Of a stretch of DNA of 64,000 nt, positions 38,536 to 50,929 are shown one piece after another. This DNA is from Squalus acanthias. Lineage: Eukaryota. Position 1 is the stretch's first letter; every line of letters starts with the position of its first letter. Position numbers and translations under genes: made by a program. The DNA lies in contig CM059432.1 in NCBI GenBank assembly GCA_030390025.1, positions 37,822,001 through 37,886,000 on the forward strand. The letters are read 5' to 3'. Under the pieces are notes generated by a model. The model had not been told where the DNA came from, searched no databases, and saw only the letters and a program-made list of their open reading frames with translations.

Positions 38536-40566
38536 GCTGGTGATTGATTTTTGCACTCAATTTTAAAAATGCCTATTGCAACAAAAAGTAATTTGAATGG
38601 TCCAAATAATTTAAACACAGGTAATTTAATGAAATACACATTTTACACCAGTCCTATGATTGAAAATGGCCATCTTATATGAATAAAAATACTGGAAAAG
38701 TATCCTGGTTCTATGAGTGACTTCAAGTTTATATTCAGTGATGAATATGGTAGGTGTTACAAGAAAAATTTGATCAAAAATGATTAGAAGTTGATTAAAA
38801 ATGGCAGCACAGTTTTCTCTCTCTCTCTCTCTCTAATACTACAAGACATACAATGTGCACATGATAACCACAGACTGAAAACAGGAACCCAGCTGAACAG
38901 GACAAATGGCAAAAGAACTAGAGGGGAAATGAGGAGACATTTTTCCACAGAGGGTGCTGGAATCAGATTCCATAGGAACTTTCAAAAGGCAATTGGGCAT
39001 GTTCTTGAAGTGGACTAATTTGCAGGATTATGGGACTAAATTGGACAGCGCTTTCAAAGAGCCGGCACAGGCACGACAGGTGGAGTGGCCTCCCTCTGTG
39101 CTGTAAGATTCTACGATTCTAAGGCTTAACACTTAAATTTTAGCAGGTTCAGAGACTTGCGTCCCCCTGCAGTCACCGGTTTGGTTTGTTTTCAGTTGAC
39201 CTACTGAGACACTGAAATAAACACCAATATTACAGTAATAAAGCTACGCAAACATCAGGAGCAGTTTGTTACTGCAATATTAACCCTGAAGTACTAAATG
39301 AAACATTAGACAGTTCCTCGGCGCTTCTCACATTCTGCCACCATAACATTGCTGGAAGTGCGGCAGAATCTCGCTTACTCGTATAAACAGGGTTTCTGCT
39401 GCACGCTCGTCACAGTTAATGGCAGCGGAGCAGGAGCAGCACTGAGGAAATTCATGGCTGCAATTCTGCACAACAAAATAAAAAGCTTTGGATCCTGTTT
39501 CTTTCCACTTCTCTATCTGCCTTGTTTTTTTCATTGTAACTTTACTCTTTTTATACCCCATTCTGCTTATTCTAACCCCTTTTCTTATTTTTAAACTTTC
39601 AGCTACCTTTTCTCTTTTGCCTCACTGCTCCCATTGTCCCTTAGGGAGTTGAGAGGAAGCTTTTTCTTGCAAAAGACATCTCAACAGCTTAAAACCAGCT
39701 GAAAGCCCGAATTCTGAAAATTGACAAGGTCAATGTAACCAGATCAATCTGTGACAGGAAAACACATCCAAAATACAAAAAAGGCTGCAATTAACAATTA
39801 TATCATCCACAGCACTGAAGGAGTTTTAAAAAGCAAGCAAACTGTGATTTTGTTCACAAGATAGTTCTGGATGAAGAGGACCATTTGGTCTATCTTAGAT
39901 CAGTGATTCAGAAAGATCCCAAAGTCCCAACATTCCATTATCCAATTGGTCCTTAAATGATGCCAGCATTTTCACCTTCATTATCGTATCCAGGAGCCCA
40001 TTCAACAACAACGTGTACTCATATAGTACCGTTAATGTAGTAAAACGTCCCAAGGCGCTTCACAAACGGACCATACTTATTTCATACAGGGCCTTACACC
40101 CCTCAGAGACTGGAGACTTTCATTCCATTAATCTTCCTTTGATTTAAACCCAGGTCTAGTGGAAAAAAAGCAGTGTGCTAATTCACTCACCAGATTCCTT
40201 TGAGGTCAAGTAATTGTAAGGAGTAATAAGCAATATATAATGAGGACATATTTCTTTTATCATAAATCATCAGTGAGAGCTTTGCTATACTAAAAAAAAA
40301 AGCCAATAGTTGTAGCCAAGCCAAAGAATAACCAGCTGCCATAAGCAAAACCGGTACCAAGCCACTCATACAAATAGAATACACAAAGAGTCCAACAAGC
40401 TCACATTTACCAGATTTTAAAAGGAGAAAGCACTTGGCCAACTGTTAAAGCTTTCAGAATGAGAAGCAGTAAATGGAGCACAGTTTATGTAAGGCTCAAA
40501 ACATTAATATAATAGTCAGTAAAATAAAATATACATGGAGTCTCTTTGTTAAAAATAGCCTCGGTA

Positions 40567-40649
40567 GATATAACTCTCCGTTATCCGGTACTTTCGATAA
40601 ACCGGCACCACGCCGGTCCCGTCGATGCCGGATAAACGAAAGTTTCCTG
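40567..40649. mobile_element. ~83-bp Tc1/mariner-type MITE
   Basis: Imperfect TIRs (aactctccgttatccggtac / gatgccggataaacgaaagtt) with TA on both flanks. Confidence 0.55.
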
Positions 40650-41504
40650 TACATCCAAGTGTTACATGGGAATATACTATTTTTACTCTCTCTCCTGCAC
40701 ACAAGCATCAGGTTTTCCAATCTCAGACGAAACAGAATTATATTGTCACTGAAGAATTAGCATTGTGCAATGAAACAATGTGGCTCGGGTCAAATTTGTT
40801 TGATAACGCTCCTGTGAAGCGCCTTAGGATGCTTGTACTACGTTAAAGGCGCTATATAAATACAAGTTGTTGCTGTTATTGACATGCATTACACCGGTTA
40901 GCACTGTGCACGAGGCAGGTCTGTGATTCCCGAGGCAGGATTCTCCTCTCGTTGTTTAATGAGGAACTTTTGGGGTTTTTTAAAAAAAATAAAAAGGCAG
41001 AGCTTCTGAAATTTGATTAAGCTGGAAAATAATTGCAAAACATGCAGCTATCAAATCAGCCTCCGCATTCTTTATAGCTGTTGCCGGCAAGACCTTACGG
41101 AATAATTAAAGTGATGGTGGTGAACAATCACCATTAGCCTAGAGGGGGCTATCATTTCTGCACAGCACCCCTTCAGGATACTAGTCATTTGTGCCAGAAA
41201 AAATTAATATCCAGCACTGCCAAAGGCATCGCATATTTTTCTCAAGTCTTTAACCCTTTCTACTCCATCAATCTAGGAGTTTAAACAGCATACTTTCAAA
41301 ACAAAACTACAGCCAATACAGGAAATAAAGTAGTAGCATTGTTATATTTTCAAAATTCATCCTGGTGTTGCATGTTTATGCATAGCACATAGGGTGGATC
41401 CGCTGAGTTTAGTGGCTGTTGAAGTGAGTCAAGTCATGCATCAGCTTTACACTATATGGGATGTGGGCAAGAAGAATTCTAAGAGTGTAAATATGCTTTT
41501 TAAA

Positions 41505-41755
41505 AAAACAAAATGAGTTTTTTTCTCAGAGGGTCGTGAGTCTTTGGAACTCTCTTCTTCAGAGGGCGGTGGAAGCAGAGTCTTTGAATATTTTTAAGGC
41601 AGAGATAGATAGATTCTTGATAAGCAAGGGGGTGAAAGGTTATCGGGGGTAGGCGGAAATGTGGAGTAATCGGATCAGCCATGATCTTATTGAATGGCGG
41701 AGCAGGCTCGAAGGGCCGAGTGGCCTACTCCTGCTCCTAATTCGTATGTTCGTAG
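41505..41755 (+). mobile_element. CR1-clade LINE 3' fragment
   Basis: FFSQRVVSLWNSL remnant, 3' UTR and (tcgtatgt)n tail. Confidence 0.8.
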
Positions 41756-41935
41756 ACTGTCCAGCAGGGAGAGCAAAATAAATCAGGGCAGAGAATCATT
41801 CTGATGGTCTAGTGCTCACAACAGCCAGCTACAGGGGCAATCATTTATATGTTTGTATATATTAAAAGGCTTGTGTATAGCACACACATCTTGCAAGTGT
41901 CAAATTTACTTCCCGACAAAGTTTAGTCATTGCAC

Positions 41936-44900
41936 TTTTTTTGAAAATTCGTTTATGGGATCAGGGCGTCGCTGGCAATGCCAGCATTTATTGCCCATCC
42001 CTAGTTGCCCTTGAGAAGGTGGTGGTGAGCCGCCTTCTTGAACCGCTGCAGTCTGTGTGGTGATGGTACTCCCACAGTGCTGTTATGGAGGGAGTTCCAG
42101 GATTTTGACCCAGCGACGATGAAGGATCGGCGATATACTTCTAAGTCAGGATGGTGTGTAACATGGAGGGGAACTTGGAGATGGTGGTGTTCCCATGCGC
42201 CTGCTGCCCTTGTCCTTCGAGGTGGAAGAGGTCGCGGGTTTGGGAGGTGCTGCCGAAGAAGCCTTGGCCAGTTGCTGCAGTGCATCTTGTAGATGGTACA
42301 CACTGCAGCCACGGTACGCCGATCAAGCGGGCTGCTTTGTCCTGGATGGTGTCGAGCTTCTTGAGTGTTGTTGGAGCTGCACTCATCCAGGCAAGTGGAG
42401 AGTATTCCATCACACTCCTTACTTGTGCCTTGTAGATGGTGGAAAGGCTTTGGGGAGTCAGGAGGTGAGACACTCGCCGCAGAATACCTAGCCTCTGACC
42501 TGCTCTTGTTGCCACAGTATTTATATGGCTGGTCCAGTTAAGTTTCTGGTTAATGGTGACCCCCAGGATGTTGATAGTGGGGGATTCGGCGATGGTAATG
42601 CCATTGAATGTCAAGGGGAGGTAGTTAGACTCTCGCTTGTTGGAGATAGTCATTGCCTGGCACTTCTGTGGTGCGAATGTTACCTGCCACTTATCAGCCC
42701 AAGCCTGAACGTCGTCCAGGTCTTGTTGCATGCGGGCATGGACTGCTTCATTATCTGTGGAGTTGTGAATGGCGCTGAACACTGCAGTCATCAGCGAACA
42801 TCCCCATTTCTGACCTTATGTTGGAGTTAAGGTCATTGATGAAGCAGCTGAAGATGGTTGGGCCTAGGACACTGCCCTGAGGAACTCCTGCAGCAATGTC
42901 CTGGGGTTATGATGATTGACCTCCAACCATCGCAACCATCTTCCTTTGTGCGAGGTATGATTCCAGCCAGTGGAGTGTTTTCCCCCTGATTCCCATTGAC
43001 TTCAGTTTTACTAGGGCTCCTTGATGCCAGACTCGGTCAAATGCTGCCTTGATGTCAAGGGCAGTCACTCTCACCTCACCTCTGGAATTCAGCTCCTTTG
43101 TCCATGTTTGGACCAAGGCTGTAATGAGGTCGGGAACCGAGTGGTCTTGGCGGAACCCAAACTGGGCATCAGTGAGCAGGTTATTGGTGAGTAAGTGCCG
43201 CTTGATAGCACTGTCGATGACACCTTCCATCACTTTGCTGATGATTGAGTGTAGACTGATGGGGCGGTAATTGGCCTGGTTGGATTTGTCTTGCTTTTTG
43301 TGGACAGGACATACCTGGGCAGTTTGCCACATTGTCGGATAGATGCCAGTATTGTAGCTGTACTGGAACAGCTTGGCTAGAGGCGTGGCTAGTTCTGGAG
43401 CACAAGTCTTCAGCACGATAGCCGGAATGTTGTCGGGGCCCATAGCCTTTGCTGTATCCAGTGCGCTCAGCCATTTCTTGATATCACGTGGAGTGAATCG
43501 AATTGGCTGAAGACTGGTTTCTGTGGTGGTGGGGACCTTAGGAGGAGGCCGATATAGATCATCCACTCGGCACTTCTGGCTGAAGTCTTTTGCACTCACG
43601 TGCTGGGCTCCACCATCATTGAGGATGGGGATATTCTTGGAGCCTCCTCCTCCCGTTAGTTGTTTAATCGTCCACCACCATTCACGACTGGATGTGGCAG
43701 GACTGTTGATTGTGGGATCGCTTAGCCCTGTCTATAGCATGCTGCTTCTGCTTTTTAGCATGCATGTAGTCCTGTGTTGCAGCTTCCCCAGGTTGGCACC
43801 TCATTTTTAGGTACGCCTGGTGCTGCTCCTGGCATGCTCTTCTACACTCGTTGTTGAACCAGGGTTGGTCCCCTGGCTTGGTGGTAATGGTAGAGTGAGG
43901 GATATGCCGGGCCATGAGGTTACAGATTGTGGTGGAATACAATTCTGCTGCTGCTGATGGCCCACAGCACCTCATGGATGCCCAGTTTTGAGCTGCTAGA
44001 TCTGTTCTGAATCTATCCCATTTAGCATGGTGGTAGTGCCAAACAACACGATGGAGGGTGTTCTTAGTGTGAAGACGGGACTTCGTCTCCACAATGACTG
44101 TGCGATGGTCACTGCTACCAATGCCGTCATGGACAGATGCATCTGCGACAGGTAGATTGGTGAGGACGAGGTCAAGTCTGTTGTTCCCTCGTGTTGGTTC
44201 ACTCACCACCTGTCGCAGGCCTTTCAGGACTCGGCCAGCTCGGTCAGTAGTGGTGCTACCGAGCCACTCTTAGTGATGGACATTGAAGTCCCCCACCCAG
44301 AGTACATTCTGTGCCCTTGCTACTCTCAGTGCTTCTTCCAAGTGGTGTTCAACATGGAGGAGTACTGATTCATCAGCTGAGGGAGGGCGGTAATCAGCGT
44401 TTCCTTGCCCATGCTTGACCTGAAGCCATGAGACTTCATGGGGTCCGGAGTCAATGTTGAGGACTCCCAGGGCCACTCCTTCCTGACTGTATACCACTGT
44501 GCCGCCACCCCTGGTGAGTCTGTCCTGCCGATGGGACAGGACATACCCAGGGATGGTGATGGAGGAGTTCGGGACATTCGCTGAAAGGACATACCCAGGC
44601 TGAAAGGTATGATTCTGTGAGTATGACTATGTCAGGCTGTTGCTTGACTCGTCTGTGGGACAGCTCTCCCAATTTTGGCACACGTCCCCAGATGTTAGTG
44701 AGGAGGACTTTGCAGGGTTGACTGGGCTGGGTGTGCCGTTGCCGTGTCCGTAGCCGAGGTCGGGTGGTCCGTCCGGTTTCATTCTTATTATTTTGTTATC
44801 GTAGCGGTTAGTTACAACTGAGTGACTTGCTAGGCCATTTCAGAGGGCAGTTAAGAGTCAACCACATTGCTGTGGGTCTGGAGTCACATATAGGCCAGAC

Positions 44901-45126
44901 CAGGTAAGGACGGCAGATTTCCTTCCCTAAAGGACATTAGTCAACCAGATGGGTTTTTATGACAATCCGATAGTTTCATGGTCACCATTACTGATACTAG
45001 CTTTTTAATTAACTGAATTTAAATTCCCCAGCTGCCGTGGTGGGATTTGAACTCACGTCTCTGGATCATTAGTCCAGGCCTCTGGATTACTAGCCCAGTG
45101 ACATTACCACTAGCGCTACCGTTCCC
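41936..45126 (-). mobile_element. Near full-length CR1-clade LINE with tRNA-derived 5' head, single ORF2 (APE + RT, decayed), no ORF1
   Basis: APE motifs NIWG..PDIVILTESYL, GDFNVH, PTRGNNRLDLVL and SSDH. RT motifs QFGFR, ALDIKAAFDRVWH and GVPQGSVLGP. A box at 45107-45118 and B box at 45043-45054. Confidence 0.9.
45043..45126 (-). promoter_or_regulatory. tRNA-like internal Pol III promoter (A box TAGCGCTAGTGG, B box GAGTTCAAATCC)
   Basis: Consensus-like A and B boxes, ~52 nt apart, at the extreme 5' end of the LINE. Confidence 0.75.
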
Positions 45127-46574
45127 TCAACAAAATCAGATTTGGAGAGGGAATGTTTGAATTAAAAGCGAGGAAAGAGGCTGAAACAAAGTCAGTGGGC
45201 CTGATTGGCATAACATTCCCACAGCTAAAAAAACCACAAGGTTGCCTCCAACTTAAACTGAGCATTGTCACAGGGAGTCTGCTAGTAATACAATATAAAT
45301 GGTACGTCTGATGCACATTTCCTGCAAATATCGGTATCATGCTTTCAAAAAAAACTACAAAGAAATGAAGACAGTCATTTGAAATGCATAAGGGCCCTTA
45401 GCAATTTAAAATACCTTAATTGACACAACAACTTGGATTCATATGTTTATATGAACCAGAATAAGGACCAGAATGTCTATAACCCAGGAATGACCTTACC
45501 AATTATATATTTAAAAAAAGAGAAAGAAAGCCAGGGTTCTGACCTGCAAACTGAAAAGCAATGACCTCACCCAGACTTTATGGTTTTAAAGAGACAAAGC
45601 TTCATCCTAGTTGCAGAATAACACATTATGCATTGCATGGTATAACACTCCATTCCTTATAAAACATTGTCTGATCCAATTTACTGTGAGCAACCCCATG
45701 GGAGATTCACTCATACACACACCGAAGTCTTGCATCTAGTACTCGTTCTGTCTATCAGACTTCAGATATCACACCAACACATCTGCAAATTTCTGTGTTC
45801 CACTTGCTTCTTTCATATTGATAAAACAGCAACAAATTACAACTGAATGGGAGGAAAACAGACCAAAAAAAGGGAAAGGTAAGAATGAGAACTACGAATG
45901 AAAGACTGTTCAGAACGTATGAAAAGAATCAAATCCAACACAAAGCAAACAGCTACCAAAAATACACCAGCAAGAGGGGCGATAGTGACCAACAAAACCA
46001 CTCAATGTTTTTGAAAATCTTTATCACCTTGTTTGGATATGGTAATAAAAATGAGGTTGTTTAGCAAAAGAAAATTATTAGTGTGTATTATTTAATTTTT
46101 TTAAATTTACCCAAAGCACCTATTTTTGGCATTAAACAGGTAGGCCCTAATGTTCCTCAGCGTGCTCTGTCCTCCGGGCCCTTGCTTGCTCGATGACCTA
46201 ACTTCCCCTCCTACTGTGTTCTACTCCGAGGACGGTTTCCCAGGCCCTCCGCTCATTGTGCTCTGTGCCTCAATCCCCTTACCAAATGCCCCCACTCGCC
46301 CCCACCTTGATGTACATTGTTTCCCACTTTGTGCGCTGTTCCGTGGCTCCCTCGAACTGTGCTCACTTCTCCAGCCCAGCTCAGCTCTGCTCCCTGGCAT
46401 CCCAGTGTGCAGTTCACGACCTTGAAATGAGATCATGCTAAACATAGAAACAGGAGGTGGCCATTCAGTCCCTCAAGCCTGTTCCGCCATTGAATTAGAT
46501 CATGGCTATTTAACTCCATTTAACCGCCTCATCACAATTGCATTCCAGATCTCAGACAACCTACTGATTACTAG

Positions 46575-48500
46575 TAATCATAGAAATTTACAGCACAGAA
46601 GGAGTCCATTCAGCTCGTCGTGTCTGTGCCGGCTGAAAAAGAGCTATCCAGCCTAATCCCACTTCCAGCTCTTGGTCCGTAGCGTGCAGGTTACGGCACT
46701 TCAAGTGCATATCCAAGTACTTTTTAAATATGATGAGGGTTTCTGCCTCTACCACCCTTTCAGGCAGTGAGTTCCAAATCCCCACCACCCTCTGGGTGAA
46801 AAGAGTTCTCTCAACTCCCCTCTACATTACAACAGTGACTACACTTCAAAAAGTACTTCATTGGCTTTAAAGTGCTTTAGAAAGTCCGGGGGTCGTAAAA
46901 GGCGCTATATAAATGCAAATCATTCTTTCTTTCTCTAATCCTTCTATCAATTACTTTAAATCTATGCCCCCCTGTTATTGACCTCTCTGCTGAGGGAAAT
47001 AGGTCCTTCCTATCCACTCTATCTAGGCCCCTCATAATTCGATACACTTCAATTAAGTCTCTCCTCAGCCTCCTCTGCTCCAAAGAAAACAACCCCAGCC
47101 TATCCAATCTTTCCTCACAGCTAAAATTCTCCAGTCCTGGCAACGTCCTCGTAAATCTCCTCTACCCTCTCTAGTGCAGTCACATCTTTCCTGTAATGTG
47201 GTGACCAGAGCTGCACGCAGTATTCTAGCTGCGGCCTAACTAGTGCTTTATACAGTTCAAGCATAACCTCCCTGCTCTTATATTCTATGCCTCAGCTAAT
47301 AAAGGAAAGTATCCGTATGCCTTCTTAACCACCTTATCTAACTTTCCAGCTATCTTCAAGGATCTGTGCACATGCACGTGCACTCTAAAGTCCCTCTGTT
47401 CCTCTACACGTCTCAGTATCCTACCATTTATTGTGTATTCCCTTGCCTTGTTAGCCCTCCCCAAATGCATTACCTCACACTTCTCCGGATTGAATTCCAT
47501 TTGACACTTTTCTGTCCACCTGACCAGTCGATTGATATCTTCCTGCAGTCTACAGCTTTCTTCCTCACTATCAATCACACGGCCAATTTTTGTATCATCT
47601 GCAAATTTCTTATTGATATATACCACAAAAAGGAAGGGACCTAGTACTGAGCTGTGGAACCCCACTGGAAACAGCCTTTCAGTCATAAAAAACACCCGTC
47701 GATCATTACACCCTTTGCTTCCTGCCACGGAGCCAATTTTGGATCCAAATTGCCACTTTCCCATGGGCTTTTACTTTTCTGACCAGTCTGCCATGTGGGA
47801 CCTTGTCAAAGACTACATCAAACGCACTATCCTCATCGACCCTCCTCGTTACCTACTCAAAAAATTCAATCAAGTTAGTCAGACATGACAATTCCTTAAC
47901 AAAGCCATGTTGACTGTCCTGGATTAATCCGTGCCTTTCTAAATGACGATTAATACTGTCCATCAGAATTTTTTCCAATAATTTGCCCACCATCGAGGTT
48001 AGGCTGACTGGCCTCTAATTATTCAGTCTATCCCTTTCTCCCTTTTTAAACAACGGTGCAACGTTAGCAGTCCTCCAGCACCAGAGAGGATTGGAAAATG
48101 ATGGCTAGAGCCTCTGCTATTTCCTCCTTTGCTTCTCTTAACAGCCTGGGATACATTTCATCCGGGCCTAGCGATTTATCTACTTTCAAAGATGCTAAAT
48201 CCCTTAATATTTCCTCTCTCACTATGTTTATCTCATCTAATATTTCACACTCCTCCTCAACTACAATGTCTGCATCGTCCCTCTCTGAAGAAAGACGCAA
48301 AGTATTCATTAAGAACCATACCCACATCTTCCGCCTCAACACACAGGTTACCTTTTTGGTCTCCAATAGGCCCTACTCTTTCTTTAGTTATCCACTTGCT
48401 CTTTATGTATTTATAAAACATCTTTGAGTTTTCTTGCCAATATTTTTTCATGCCCTCTCTTTAGTTCCCTAACTTCCTTTTTAATTTCACCCCTGCACTT
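46575..48500 (-). mobile_element. Decayed CR1-clade LINE with an inserted DeuSINE tail (~46825-46935)
   Basis: KFADDTKIGR, KSLGPDEMYPRLL and LEQRRLRRDLIEVY remnants. Confidence 0.85.
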
Positions 48501-49084
48501 GAAGTGCTTCTTAAACCAAATATTAAATGTTTTCAAACTCAAGTACCCCAATTTCCTTTCATTTCACCAACCACACCCCAACAAAATTTGAACTATACAA
48601 TTTGTTGTACAGATGGACAAAAATTGCTTCCTATAGTTACAGAGCAAACAACATTCTGCATGGTGCAGTCACTAAATTTCTCTTCCACTTTTTTTTTTTA
48701 AAACCACCTTGCCAGAAGGTGCTACCTTTTATTTGGATAGAGGTCAAAGGACAACAGCTGCCCATTGAACCTAGGTGGAGTAGCCATTCTTCAAGCATGA
48801 GCCTAGAAACTGAGGCCTTGAAAATCCGTGGGTATTTTGCCACCCCCCCACCATAACTCTGGCAGTATTTTGGCCGAAACCTACTGGAAAAACAGCAGGA
48901 TACAGCTGTGCCAGATCTCGACTGCAGGATTTTCCTGCCAGCCTTGTAAGGGATGTAATGGCCACCCCCCACCCCACCCCGCAAATGATGTCACGTAGAT
49001 GGGAATTCGCTACAATGTTTTCGTGGATCAGGTTTGGGGCCTGATGCTGGTATCTATCGAGTCGTAGCCAGAGAATCACCTGCA

Positions 49085-50472
49085 ATGGCTTCTCTTCCCT
49101 CTCTCGCAGTTACCTCTGGAGTCCCCCAAGGATCTATCCTTGGCCCCCCTCCCATTTCTCATCTACATGCTGCCCCTCAGCGACATCATCCAAAAAACAC
49201 AATGTCAGGTTCCACTTGTACGTTGACGACACCCAGCTCTACCTCTCTCGACCCTTCCACTGTCTCTGATTTGTCACACTGCTTGTCTGACATCCAGTAC
49301 TGGATGAACATAAATTTTCCCAAACTAAATATTGGGAAAACTGAAGCCACTGTCTTCGGTTCCCACCACAAACTCCGGTCCCTAGCCATCGACTCCATCC
49401 CTCTCTCGCCGTCTTTCGGATGAGATGTTAAACCGAGGCCCCGTCTGCTTTCAGGTGGATGTAAAAGATTCCATGGCACTATTTCGAAGAAGAGCAGGGG
49501 ATTATCCCCGGTGTCCTGGCCAATATTTATCCCTCAACCAACATCAGTAAAATAGATTATCTGGTTATTATCACATTGCTGTTTGTGGGAGCTTGCTGTG
49601 TGCAAATTGGCTGCCGCGTTTCTTACATTACAACAGTGACTACACTTCAAAATGTACTTCATTGGCTGTAAAGCGCTTTAGGACGTCCGGTGGTCGTGAA
49701 AGACGCTATATAAATGCAAGTCTTTCTTTATTTCTCTCCCTAGCATCTTTCGCAACCTTGGTGTCATATTTGACTCAAATGAGCTTCCGACCACATATGC
49801 ACTCCATCACCAAGACCGCCTATTTCCACCTCCATAACAACGCCCGACTCCACCCCTGCCTCAGCTCATCTGCTGCTGGAACCCTCATCCATGCTTTTGT
49901 TACCTCTAGACTTGACTATTCCAATGCTCTCCTGGTTGGTCTCCCATCTTCCACCCTCAAACTTGAGCTCATCCAAAGCTCTGCTGCCCGTATCCTAACT
50001 CGCACCAAGTCCTGTTCACACATCACCCGTTCTTGCTGACCTACAATGGCTCCCGATCCAGCAACGCCTTAATTTTAAAATGTTCATCCTTGTTTTCAAA
50101 TCACTCCACGGCCTCACCCCTCACCATCTCTGTAATCTCCTCCAGCCGTACAACCCTGCAAGATCTCTGCGTTCCTCCAATTCTGGCCTCTTGCGCATCC
50201 CCAATTTTAATCGATCCATCATTGGCGGCCGTACCTTCAACTGCCTTGGCCTCAAGCTCTGGAATTCTCTCCCTAAACTTCTCAGTCTCTCTATACCTCT
50301 CTCTCCTCCCTTACGATGCTCCTTAAAACCTACCTCTTTAACCAAGCTTTTGGTCATCTGTCCTAATATCTCATGTAACTTGGTGTCCAATTTTGATTGA
50401 TAACACTTCTGTGAAGTGCTTTGAGACATTTTACTACGTTAAAGGTGCTATATAAATTCAAGTTGTTATTGT
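49085..50472 (+). mobile_element. L2-clade LINE 3' fragment
   Basis: GVPQGSILGP, LNIGKTE and LIHAFVTSRLDYSNALL motifs. 3' end aaaggtgctatataaattcaagttgttattgtt. Tail fragments also at ~40790-40880, 58085-58125 and 62100-62305 (-). Confidence 0.88.
49408..49730 (+). mobile_element. 5'-truncated DeuSINE inserted in the L2
   Basis: Deu core gccgtctttcggatgag through tail cgctatataaatgcaagtctttc. Confidence 0.85.
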
Positions 50473-50929
50473 TAAGCCTAGTGAAATGAAGTGCATCAGC
50501 CTTCAGTGGGTGGTAGTAGATCCCACCAGAAGCATCCAGGTGAGGGAAGTAGCCTTCTCCCCCAAAAATATAGAGACCCCAGCCCGTTTGCATGGGGGGA
50601 GGGGGGGGGGGGGGGGGTGATGGAAGACTGCACGGAGTTTGGTGGGGGCTTTTGCAAATCACCCTATCCCTAAAGGATGCCAGGGTCGCAACCCATAGAT
50701 TTTCAGAGCCCGAGTGCCAGCAGACTATTTGAGCATGTAGACATCATAGACAAGCCTAATTCACCTGATGTTGACTTTCCAGCAGGGATCATACAAGAGT
50801 AGCTTGGAGCAAGAACCCTGGCTCATCCCCCCCAAATCCCTGCCCAGCCTCGGTATCTCCGAGGCCAATTTTCATTGACACGTCTTTTTATAAGTATTCA
50901 TCCCAGTTCAAGTGCAGTAATCAGTCTTA

